Assembly (NCBI GenBank): GCA_964016885.1 | Contig: CAXHJY010000365.1 | Coordinates: 1-50,915, forward strand | Direction: 5' to 3' | Source: Eledone cirrhosa | Taxonomy: Eukaryota | DNA: 50,915 bases | Shown here: positions 40,514 to 50,915 of the stretch, piece after piece | Position numbering within the stretch: position 1 is the stretch's first letter | Layout: the number at the start of each line of letters is the position of its first letter | Notes under the pieces: model-generated | Databases searched by the model: none | Seen by the model: the letters and a program-made list of their open reading frames with translations, nothing else | Told to the model about the DNA's origin: nothing | Made by a program: the position numbers and the translations under genes

Positions 40514-43500
40514 CTATAGTCTGATGTAGAGTGAAGGCCCATTCACACGGGCCATTCTCGCCACTTTCACCCATCTTTCATAAAAACGGCTGGGGTGCAT
40601 CACCTCTCTCTCCATCCTGATCCTTCTTCCGAAATGATATCGGAAGAAACGGACCAGTTGTTGGCCAGAGAGAAAGGTGTCTGACCTCAGTCCTTTCAGA
40701 CGCGTCCACCATACAACCTCTTTCGCCATGGCTATTACGCACAGAAACACCGCCTCTCCTTCGTTTTTGAAGAGGAGAGGCGGCTTGATCGTTACAATAG
40801 ACACGGTGGTCAACCGGATCGGTCCCACCCTTGACAGCAGTTGTTCGACATAGCCCCACAGATCGGCAATGCCCGAGCAGTGTACCAATGCGTGTGCAAC
40901 GGTTTCCTCGTCGCACACGCATCTGGGACAGATCTTTTTCGATGGGTCCCTACCCGGGCGCCCGTGTCTGTAGAGCCTTTCTCGAACGGGCAGAGACCTT
41001 CTGTAGCATTGCCAGGCCAGGGACCTCTGGAAGTTATCCATGGGTCCAGGGCTGAATGTCCTACCGAACAGGTTGGCCAGTTCGTCTTCCTCCATGCCTA
41101 GGGCTTCTCCGAGGGCGCCGTCGCACCTGCTAACCACCAGCCCTCTATAGAATGACGAGGTGGATTCTCCACTGACAGCCGGGTCCGCCTGCCAGAGAGC
41201 CGTGAGCGACTGGGCACACTCGGTGTGCCAGGCGCCCAGTTTTCTTGGTCTTTGCTAGACCCAGGATTGCAGCTCGGTGAGTGAGACGAGTCTGGGAAAG
41301 GCTCGCCTCACAAACGGGGCCCACACCGGTTGACCGGAGAGGAATACCTGAAGGTGCCGTAGCCTTAATGCGTGTTTACGTATCATTAGCCACGGCATCT
41401 CCAGCCCTCCTTTCGAAGGGTGTTGACAGCAGATGGATCTCCTCACCATAGGAGCCCGCTTCTTCCAAAGGAATTGGAAGAGTGCGCGCTCCATTTTGGC
41501 GAGCGTTTCCCTTGGGCAAGGCACAACGGTCAGGCGGTAGTAGATGACGGACGCTATATAAGTGTTCGCCACCTCCACCCGAGCTTTCAGGGACAGTTTG
41601 CACTCGGCCCACTTCTGGGTCAGTGCAAACACCCTGTTCGTTACCTTACCCCAGTTCTTCTCCACCTGGTGGTCTGGTCCGAACCTGACCCCGAGTAACT
41701 TCACCGGGCCCTCCGTCCAGCGCGCGACGACGCCATCGGAGGGCATCGATCTGCTCCTCCACGTGCCGAGTTGCAGACCGATCGACTTGTCTCGGTTCAG
41801 CTTAGCCCCTGTAAACCTTTCGTACTCCTCCAGTAAGGTGCCGATCGCCCCGATTTCCGAGGCCGTCGACACCATTACTGTTACGTCATCGGGGTAGGCT
41901 GACACCGCTTTCCGCAATCCCGGTTCCAACGGGATGCTCTGCAACAACTCCAACTTCCGCAGCAGTGGCTCTAGAGTCATTACATACAGAAGGGAGGAGA
42001 GAGGGCACCCCTGTCGGATGGACCGCGTGATTTTGAACGGCTCCGAGAGGTAGCCGTTCACCTTGACCCTAGAGCAGATGCGGTTGCTGTGCATGGCATT
42101 GATCCAGCTCCTGAAAACGGGTCCGAAGCCTGCCGCCGCTAGCACCGCATCCAGGTAACCATGGTCGACCCTATCGAATGCCTTAGATTGATCCAAGTTG
42201 ATCAGGGCCCCACCAAAGCCGGGTTTGTTCCCAACCCTCTCTATGATGTATCGCATGAGGTGGTGTTGTCGTGGATGGACCTGGACGGGATAGCACATGT
42301 CTCCGCATCTACCAGCAGGTTGCCCACGACAAGCGCCAACCTCTTTGCTAGCACCTTGGCCAAAATCTGTAACTCTGTATTTAGCAGAGTTATGGCCTGA
42401 AACTATTTATATCGTCCCCCTTGTTCTCGTCCTTCCTCACTAGCGTGACTACGCCCTTGGTCACAGCACAGGGAATTTTCCCGTTCTGTTGCCAGTTGCA
42501 GTAGACCGCCTCGAGGAGATCGGGGAACAAGTCCGGCATAGCTAGATATAGTTCGTATGGAAGACCATCGAGACCCGGGGATTTGCGTTTGCCGCATTGG
42601 CTCAGCACGTCCTCTATCTCAGCGGCTGAAATCGGCTCCTCGCAGGACTTCGCCTCCCTGTCCGAGAGACGCGGCAGGCCGTCGAGGTATGGACTGAAGT
42701 CCACATCCCCAACCGGCCCCCCGCCCCTTCCGAACAATCCGGCAAGGTGCTTTTGAAAAGCCTCGCACATCTGCTTAGGTTCAAGGATCACCCGTCAATC
42801 CTGGTCGCGCAAAGACCGGATAGTGGATCTGCTCCCTCTTTTGGCTTCTGTCAGCGGGCCCAGCTAACAGCTTTGGTCCCCTCGTTTCCCAGAGCACGTA
42901 TTTTGCTTCGGACGATGCAGCCTTCGTGTTTCGCGTCGAAGAACTGGCCCAGGGCCGTTCTCGACGCTAGCACTCTGGCCACGTCGCCGCTTCTAATTGC
43001 TTCTTCTACACTATATACCAACTCCCTTTCCTTCCTATTTCTATTTGAGGCTAACTCCTTACTAAATTCTATAGAGACTACTCTAATCTCTCTTTTGAGA
43101 GATCCCCACCACCTGCTGTTGACGATGGCGCCCGTCAACCGCTCCTTAACTAAAGTGCTAATCCGGTCCCTCTAAGCCTTACTTGCCGGTAAGGACAAGT
43201 TGAGCTTCCAGTAAACGGGTCCCTGTCTATGAGTTCTGTCAAGGTTGACCATGCAGGTCACTAACTTGTGGTCTGAATAGCCAACCATGCGCATTTTTGG
43301 ACAACTTAAAAAGTCCTTATCCTTAATTCTAACTAATAACCTATCTAGGTACGACCTAGATGATCCGCTACGATTTGCCCAAGTCCAGGTTGGCGCAGTC
43401 GGAAAATCTAGTCGATATCTATCGGCCAGGTCAAATCGACCGATTAACCCTTTGAAGCTATTACACTCCTCTTTATCGGGACAGGCCCCTACGTAGTGCC

Positions 43501-43947
43501 AGCGTGCATCTAGGATACCATTCCAGTCCCCCACTAATAGCAAGGAGTGGGACGTCCCTAGAAAAGTCTCCAGACGATGGAAGAAGTCCGGCCTCATTGA
43601 CCCGAAAAGGCCGTAGGCGGCTACCAACCTAAACGCTCCGCCTTTACCACTGCAAAGGTCCAGAACCACTAGTCGACCCTTCGGGTCCAAATGTACCATT
43701 TGTGTTGCGAGACCCAGATGTTTTTGCAGCAGAACGACAACTCCACCCCCACCTCCGGGCTGACAGAGAGATGCGTGCATCTCAAAGTCATCAAAGGTGG
43801 GGGCCAGCTGTCGCACGTTGCTGATCCGGGCCTCGCAAATAACCATCACATCTACACGTTGTACCTGAGGTCATTTAGAAGCATTGCTTGCTTCCAAGTT
43901 GAGCCCAGGCCACGCGCATTTAAACAGCCTACTCTTAGCATAGCCAT
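40514..43947 (-). pseudogene. ORF2 (APE endonuclease-reverse transcriptase) of copy A, fragmented
   Basis: Fragments 43172..43849 (GDWN, SYLDR, YSDH), 42851..43138, 42390..42791 (KSPGLDG), 41255..42298 (DQSKAFDRVDH, RQGCPLS, YPDD in place of YADD) and 40514..41137 (CPRC..EETVAHALVHC). Several stops and frameshifts. Confidence 0.9.
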
Positions 43948-43971
43948 GTTGGTGGTGAAGAGAAAAGGCAC

Positions 43972-45728
43972 TTACCTCTCTGCGTCCCGGGTATCGGGCT
44001 CCACAATTTCTATTAGGGTGGGGGTAGGGGGTGGAAGTGTAGGGGCATCAGTGTGTTGTGTGGTTGGGGAGTTTGGAGTTGTGTGGGTGTTTGGGGAGAG
44101 GGTGGGGTAGTTTTTTAGGAGGACGCGGTTAATGGGCCCGACGCAGGGGGGACCCACGTCCTCTTTAAAATTGTTTATTAAAGTTTTATAGGTGTCCTGT
44201 GGGGCCTTAATCATTTTGAGGTGGGGGATATCCCCTGCCTGGGTGAAGTTAGGCCTTTGTGTTTTTATTAGTTTTTTGTTGTACACAATGTTTAACAGTT
44301 TTTTGTTTCTTGTGTTTATGTATGTATGTGCATGTTTTTGTTTTTGTGTGGTGTTTTTTGTTTGCTGTTGTTGTGAGCTCTTTTGTGTTGGTGTCAGTGT
44401 TATGTTTTGGGGAGGGGTTGTTTTCATCTGTGTGTCTGAGGTGTGTTTTCTTTTTTTTCTTTTGATTGTGTGGAAGTGCTCCTCGTCGTCTGACGACGAA
44501 CTAGGGTCATCTTCCGCGTTGGAGGGGAGGGGTATATTTTCGGGTTGTGTTTGCGTTGCGGGTGTTTTGGAAATTGTTTTTGTTTTTTGAGTGGAGGGGA
44601 TGGGTTGGACATTGTTTTGTTTTGGTTTGAGCTGTGGTGGTTGTTTTTGTAGTGGTAGTTGTTGTGATTGTGTTGGTTGTGCAGTTGTTGGTGGTGTAGG
44701 CAGGATTGGGGTTTTCTTATTAAGTTGGGGACAGACAGCCCTCATGTGACCTCTGGTTCCGCAGAGGTAACACGAGGGCCGCCTACCCTCAACGGTAATG
44801 TTGATGAAAGTTACATCATCCAGTATGACGGGCCTCATTTGAACTACAAGTTCGAAGCTCGTTACACTGAACGCGTCACCCGATGCCTTTACCATGGATA
44901 CCAGCATGTCATCATCCTGGTCCAGGAAACCTCTCAAAACCCACCATATGTCCATAATCGGCAGGATGGTGTGGATTTTTATTTTTTGTGTTCTTCTACC
45001 CATGTACGTAGGGTAGAAGGTGTATGCGGTGGATGTGATTGGTTTGATGGACAGTTTCACTGCTGTGTCCCTGTCCTTCATGAGAATGGATAGACTCCCG
45101 TAGAGTCTATCCTTCTGAATGAAGGTGATGTCCTTCATGGCGTCTTTTAAAACCAGCTCTATCTCACTCTGTGATGGTTGAGCTGGTTTTTTTTGCTTTT
45201 ATTCGAGATTGTCCTAAACATGACAGTGTTTAGGAGTCTCTGGCTTTTTAGTTCCGGGGGGGAATGGATCGTGAATGAACCATTTTCCCCGTACACTATA
45301 TAGTTTTTGGCATCTGCCAGTAGCTCCTTCGCTTTGGTTATATCTACTGGCAGATAGTCGAGGGTTTTCCTTGCCGTCTCGGCGAAGGAGAAATTTTTTT
45401 TGTTTGTGTTGTTGTTGTCGTTGGTGGTGTTGTTGTTATCATTGTTGTTGTTGTCACAGTTATTGGTCTTGTTGTTGTTGTTATTGTTATTGGTGTTGTT
45501 TTCGTCCGTCGCATTGTTGTTGTTGTTGCTGTTGCTGGTGCCGCTGGTTCTTTGGGTTATTGCCATGGCAACGTCAAGTTGTCGGTTAACAGGTGGAGAA
45601 AATCCTTCCTCTGGCTGACCTTTCTTTTTGACCTCTGCTACTGTGGCAGTGGCAGGGGGAAGCTGTAAGCTTATCTTCCCCTTTCCTCCTTCGAATTTTG
45701 GTGAAGATGCTTCAGCCATTTTTATCAA
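43972..45728 (-). pseudogene. ORF1 (gag-like nucleic-acid-binding protein) of copy A
   Basis: ORFs 45159..45728 and 43972..45138 join across a frameshift at a T-run near 45190 (copy C reads ...SNKSKKPAQPSQ). Poly-Asn N-terminus and CYLCGTRGHMRAVC (CX2CX4HX4C) zinc knuckle. Confidence 0.85.
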
Positions 45729-45931
45729 AATAGGATTTTTCGAAATATTAAATGTTTACAACACTATTTCGCCTAAAGGCGTAGAATATTTTGAGAGACT
45801 GACCAGATCAAAATTTGACCTGGCAGTCCCTCTACAAAATGGTACAAAAATGAAAGTTTACAGTTCACAATTTCCAGTTAAGTTTAAACGAAACTTACCG
45901 AGCGAGCTCAGCACATGTGTCCATCGTAAAG

Positions 45932-45936
<5 letters not shown>

Positions 45937-46016
<80 letters not shown>
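45937..46016 (+). repeat. (GATA)n, ~20 units, 5' of copy A
   Basis: Direct reading. Confidence 0.97.
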
Positions 46017-46017
<1 letters not shown>

Positions 46018-46554
46018 CCCTGTCAGGTTTATAGATAGATTTCTTTTTAAAACATATACGGCTAGATTGATGTGTGTATGGTTTTAAAAAAAGTAACTTA
46101 CAGACACGTAGCTTCTTTGATAGATATACGCAAACTCATATAACAATGTATTCATACAGGCACGCAAACATTTGTAAATATGTACAATATAGAATTTCTG
46201 CCTACTTTTTTTATATATCGTATGTGTATGGTTTTTTTCTTTGTCTCTAACTCTACAAATATATTGTATTTGTTAAACAAGAAAACAAACCAAGTAAAAG
46301 TAAATAAACAGGTATGGGTTGGTCGAGTTCTTTTCTCATTATTTAACTTTGCTCCTTTTAACGACATGTAATTGAAATGATTTATGTGAAATGCTTGGTT
46401 TTGTTATTTGGTCATATGCGTATGTTTTATAAATGTGTTTTTAATGACGTTCTTACAAATGCTACTAAATATTTACCTCAACAACAGACGCAAAGGTGCA
46501 AAATATATAAAGAAGAAATTGAGGTAGAAGCCTGTATGCATATAGACACACACG

Positions 46555-46641
<87 letters not shown>

Positions 46642-47360
46642 TCAAAGTAATAAACTAAAACGTACGCACATTTATACATACGTGTTTACCTATACATAAA
46701 CTGTCAGATAACCATACACTTGCACACAAATACATAGACATACATCTTTAAGTACTCACATAGACTAGTAGATAAAATGCACTAACATAAATACAGAAAC
46801 ACACAAATATGTTGCAAACAGAAAAACACACATACATAGATATATGCATTCATACATTCGTACACATACACACACACACATACGCACACACATACGCGCG
46901 CACACACACACCAATACGCGCACACATACACACACATACACACACACACTCACGAACACAGACACATATTTATACTAGTCTTGGTGCCTTTTTTAGTTTA
47001 ACAAGTGAAGCGAAACTAAAGTCCTTGTTGCCTAACAATAAAACTCTCGCCATTTGTAGTAGTTCTTCCTTAGTTAACAATTTCCCTATTTATTTATTTA
47101 TTGTATTTTATTAAGATGATGCTTGACACTCAGTATTATCAGTTTTTACGTTTTCTTGGTGTTATTCATTTATTTAATTTTACAATTCAGCTGGCAACAT
47201 TGAATCAAAACCACAACTTGGCATCGCATCCCACCATCCAATAAATTCAATCTCCACCCCAGCAACCAATACTGGCATTATTATAACAGTCAAGTCGATC
47301 TTAATTTGTTTTCTTACTGTTCAACCACCCTCACCTGCTTGTTCTGTTCCCATGGCTAAG

Positions 47361-47464
47361 TCTTCTTCTTCTTCTTCTTCTTCTTCTTCTTCTTCTTCTT
47401 CTTCTTCTTCTTCTTCTTCTTCTTCTTCTTCTTCTTCTTCTTCTTCTTTTTCTTCTTCTTCTTC
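47361..47464 (+). repeat. (TTC)n
   Basis: Direct reading. Confidence 0.95.
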
Positions 47465-48345
47465 TCTACCAATATCTACGAGATTTTTTCCTCTTATCGT
47501 TTTTCTCGTTTTGCAGCCCCCTTCTTTCATATCGCCCCTCATTTTATTCTATTCCCGTCTAATTTTTTATTCTTCATCACTATGTCATCAACATTTATTG
47601 CACCATAAAATATAATGAAACTAGGCTGACACTCTCAATAAAGATATTGTTAAAACTCATCACCATCAGCACCCCTATAACTACCCGCTACCACAATAAC
47701 TAAAACCTCTTTCTATCACACCATTATAATTATGGTCGAAGACCCAAGTGTTGCTAAAAGGTTTATTTCAAGATTGCGCAATAGGCAAATCATCGGGACT
47801 GAATGGTCAGGCCCTACGCAGTTTATCCAGACCTGTTTTCTACTCTCTTAGGCAGATGTCTATTGCAAGTGGCAGAGTGACATTATTCCAAATCGTATGA
47901 GGAGTCAAGTAGTGGTAAGGATGCAGAAAAAGGATTCAAACGGAGGGCACATAAGAAACAATTTCAGGCCCATATATTTACTGCACCCTAAATTATAGTC
48001 TCCTGCATAGTGTCTTGCCATGATGCTGGAGGCGTACAGATTGGTGAACTCTTGATAGTTCTAGCTGCCACATATTCAATCAACCAAAAACAACGTGACA
48101 GATAGCAGCACAAGTAGCGACAATAGTAAGATCTTAGGGTAACACCACCATCTATAATACTGCTGTTTCTAGCACTATTTCTACTACAGTTAAACTGTTT
48201 GCATCGATAAAGGTATTCAGATCGGAATCAAAAGCACGTGGAATTACCTCATTAACAGTACCAGACGGCAAGTAAGCTTACATCATCGAACATAGGAAAA
48301 ATACAAACATATATCATATAAGATTGAGACAGGCATATGTTTATA

Positions 48346-48378
<33 letters not shown>

Positions 48379-48462
48379 GTTTGTGTATATATATGTACAG
48401 AGAGAGAGAGAGAGAGAGAGAGGGACAGACAGACATATATATATATTATATGTATATATTAC

Positions 48463-48550
48463 AAAGAAAGTGTGGTGAGAAACCAGGTGGACCTTAACGC
48501 ACCAGAGGACTCGATACATAGGGTAGCCGTCGGGGTCCTGACACTTTTCC

Positions 48551-48551
<1 letters not shown>
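48463..48551. mobile_element. Same family, degenerate fragment
   Basis: AACCAGGTGGACCTTAACGCACCAGAG (tail, minus strand) joined to GCCGTCGGGGTCCTGACACTTTTCC (plus strand). Confidence 0.55.
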
Positions 48552-48588
<37 letters not shown>

Positions 48589-49123
48589 TATATATATACT
48601 GTGGCGACTGGGTCTAAAAGTATTGGTTGTCAGGAAATGAAGGGGGCCCACCTACATATTGAATGCTAAATTTTAATTTTTATAATGTATAAATAACATT
48701 TCAAAAAATACATAAGTGGAAACAAAACAGTGCAATCAAACTTTTGCGAGAAAATATCTTACTTTTACAATAAAAAATATGTATTTTGCGAAATCCAGAG
48801 ACTTTCAATAAATGACCAGAAGACGACCCTAAATATTACTAATAGCTCTAGGAAAGCCATGAACTACACCACATCTTTTTAACTTTGATTTTGAAAGTAG
48901 GTTTATAATTATCAATTTTCATTACACTCATGTAGCTGTCCCGGTAGCCTAGTTGGGGGAACCATTGACGGTGATAATCCTGGTCTGAAGCGTGATCCTG
49001 GTCTGAAGTTCGTTCCTGGTCTGAAGTTCGATCCTGGTCGGAAGTAGTGTTGCCGTAAAATTTTCAGTTTTATTCTGTTGGTTGTAAATAAAAAAACTGA
49101 AAAAGGTTACATATATCTCTTGA

Positions 49124-49184
49124 CCAGGATTGAACTCAAGGCGACGACCCCCACAGTCTGTAGTACTCACCACTAGGCCACAGA
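49124..49184 (-). mobile_element. tRNA-like head (second SINE family or tRNA pseudogene)
   Basis: TGGCCTAGTGG (A box)...GACTGTGG...GAGTTCAATCC (B box). No complete cloverleaf seen. Confidence 0.45.
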
Positions 49185-49317
49185 GACAACTACGAAATCT
49201 TATGAAATTCATAATTATAAACCAATTTTCCAAACAAGTGTTGCGTGTCTTTCTTAATGTTTTTGCTTTTACTTAAGGTCGACTTTTAATAAAGACCTTT
49301 GGTCTTTCACACTCTCT

Positions 49318-49364
<47 letters not shown>

Positions 49365-49464
49365 TAACAGATAAAGTTTAAGCAAAGAATCGCTGCTTAT
49401 ATATATATATGTGCGTGTGTGTAGTCCTCTCTCTTCTATATATATATGTATATAATATACCCAT

Positions 49465-49516
<52 letters not shown>

Positions 49517-49565
49517 TATCATTATATTTCTAATTTTATATATATATATATATATGTATAGTTTC

Positions 49566-49755
49566 AATATAGATGAGATTCTACAGTACTAGAACTGTTT
49601 CATTCTTTAGAAATCATCAGGATTCCTGATGATTTCTAAAGAATGAAACAGTTCTAGTCCTGTAGAATCTCATCTATATTAAAACTTTTATACTCTGCAA
49701 TGTATTGAGTACCTTACCTTACTGGTGGTTACCTCCGATTCAACCCGGAATAACG

Positions 49756-49756
<1 letters not shown>
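49566..49756. mobile_element. Short fold-back PLE-pLTR-like element
   Basis: Inverted repeat 49566-49680 plus a one-sided tail containing TGTATTGAGTACC, embedded in (TA)n. Confidence 0.7.
49620..49670 (+). ncRNA. Minimal type I hammerhead ribozyme
   Basis: GAUUC-CUGAUGA-U UUC UAAA GAA U-GAA-ACAG UUCUAGUC CUGU-A-GAAUC. Predicted cleavage after 49664. Confidence 0.78.
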
Positions 49757-49802
<46 letters not shown>

Positions 49803-50915
49803 CCATTGATACCAAATATTATTTGGTCAGTAGTTCGTGTGTAAGTGTATAAATATATATATATGCTTGTGTGGCTGTGTCTACATATATATGTATGTTT
49901 GCATGTATGAACGAATACACTAAGCTTTAGATTTAGTAGAATGTGCTTGCACTATCGTATATTTTGGTTTCTAGTAATTCCCTGTGAATTGGTTGATCAA
50001 ATTCTTTCCTTAATTCTTTTATTTATTTGTCAAAAAATGTTATTCTTTCTCTTGAATTTCAGTATTTTTTAAAGCAATGCTTTGGCCCCTAAAACACAAC
50101 AATGGGCCCTGCAATGCTACTGTGGCTCTTGCATTGCTATCGTGGGACCCATCGAGCCACTTGCCATTGGCCAAGCCGGCAATCTGACCAGTCCGCTACT
50201 GTACACACACATATATATATGTGTGTGTGTGTGTGTTTGAGTGTGTGTGTGTTTGAGTGTGTGTGTGTGTATGTTTATCATGTGTATCCTGTTCATTTCA
50301 AGTTAAACCAGTATTGATACACTAAGATCCATAAAATTTATATATATTATATATATATACAAATAAATTATCGAGAATCGGAACTTCGGCCCACGAAATA
50401 ACGAAAACACAATCTTCGAAATGTGCGGCAAAGTGCTCAATGTTTCGGATAAACCAGAGCTATAAGTAACGTTTAATACCAACACACTGAGACGATGCTT
50501 AAACAATCATTCGCACAGCCAAAAATACGACCAAGAAAATTCGGGTCAGACAAATAAAATATGTATGAATGAAAAATTTACCTGGACCCCTGAAAGATGG
50601 TAAATTCAGCATTTGGGTTTCTGCGGCTCCTAAATCAGTTACCGTCAGCCTACATAAAAAATATCCGGCTTCTGGTAAGATGATGAACAAGGAAGTCACT
50701 TTTTCAACAGGCGTTTAGTTCAATAATACAAAGGAATACCGTGACTAAATCCACGTGGGGACCAGCAGGGCGAGGGAACCCCTATATTAGGCGAATGAAT
50801 TCAGTGTGTATATTATTGTAAGAATACAAAAATATACAAATCAAATTAGAGTTCTCAACAGACGGGTTAAAATTAACATGAGCTATTCATCAGTCAATAG
50901 GATCAACTAAAAAAT

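Larger units (their letters stand above)
40249..45932 (-). mobile_element. Tx1/L1-clade non-LTR retrotransposon, copy A (apparently full length, ~5.7 kb, disrupted)
   Basis: 5'UTR, ORF1 with CCHC knuckle, ORF2 with APE + RT + C-terminal zinc motif, and a 3'UTR ending AATAAAAGAAAC. (GATA)n lies on both sides (45937-46016 and 40177-40248). Confidence 0.92.

Noticed and set aside
35238-45093. Plus-strand ORFs antisense to the retrotransposon ORFs
   Set aside because: Shadow ORFs of GC-richer coding sequence with no recognisable motifs.
48977-49043. Short 18-bp tandem repeats (ATCCTGGTCTGAAG..), superficially array-like
   Set aside because: No unique spacers and a eukaryotic context, so an ordinary minisatellite and not CRISPR.
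50582-50649. Possible 68-nt minus-strand exon (tttatgtAG|...CCAG|GTaaat)
   Set aside because: Splice-like signals only. No recognisable protein or supporting neighbouring exons.

Overview
AT-rich, microsatellite-saturated eukaryotic DNA. Its composition and repeat families resemble an invertebrate, probably a cephalopod/octopus-type genome (inference). No intact host gene is evident, and almost all ORFs in the track are (TA)n/(CA)n/(GGT)n translation artefacts. The window is dominated by mobile DNA: (1) a 12-kb head-to-tail array of three Tx1/L1-clade non-LTR retrotransposons on the minus strand, each separated and flanked by (GATA)n, suggesting a GATA-microsatellite-targeting family; (2) a ~3.7-kb near-perfect palindrome made of a 5'-truncated Penelope-like element (Naiad-type GIY-YIG endonuclease) whose arms end in type I hammerhead ribozymes with a ~105-nt stem II; (3) many small fold-back elements in (TA)n carrying complete or partial minimal hammerheads; (4) a Helitron helicase remnant, a non-autonomous Helitron, a mariner-like transposase remnant, a CRE-like RLE 3' fragment and about nine copies of a tRNA-derived SINE. 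Coordinates were read by eye and may be off by a few bases.
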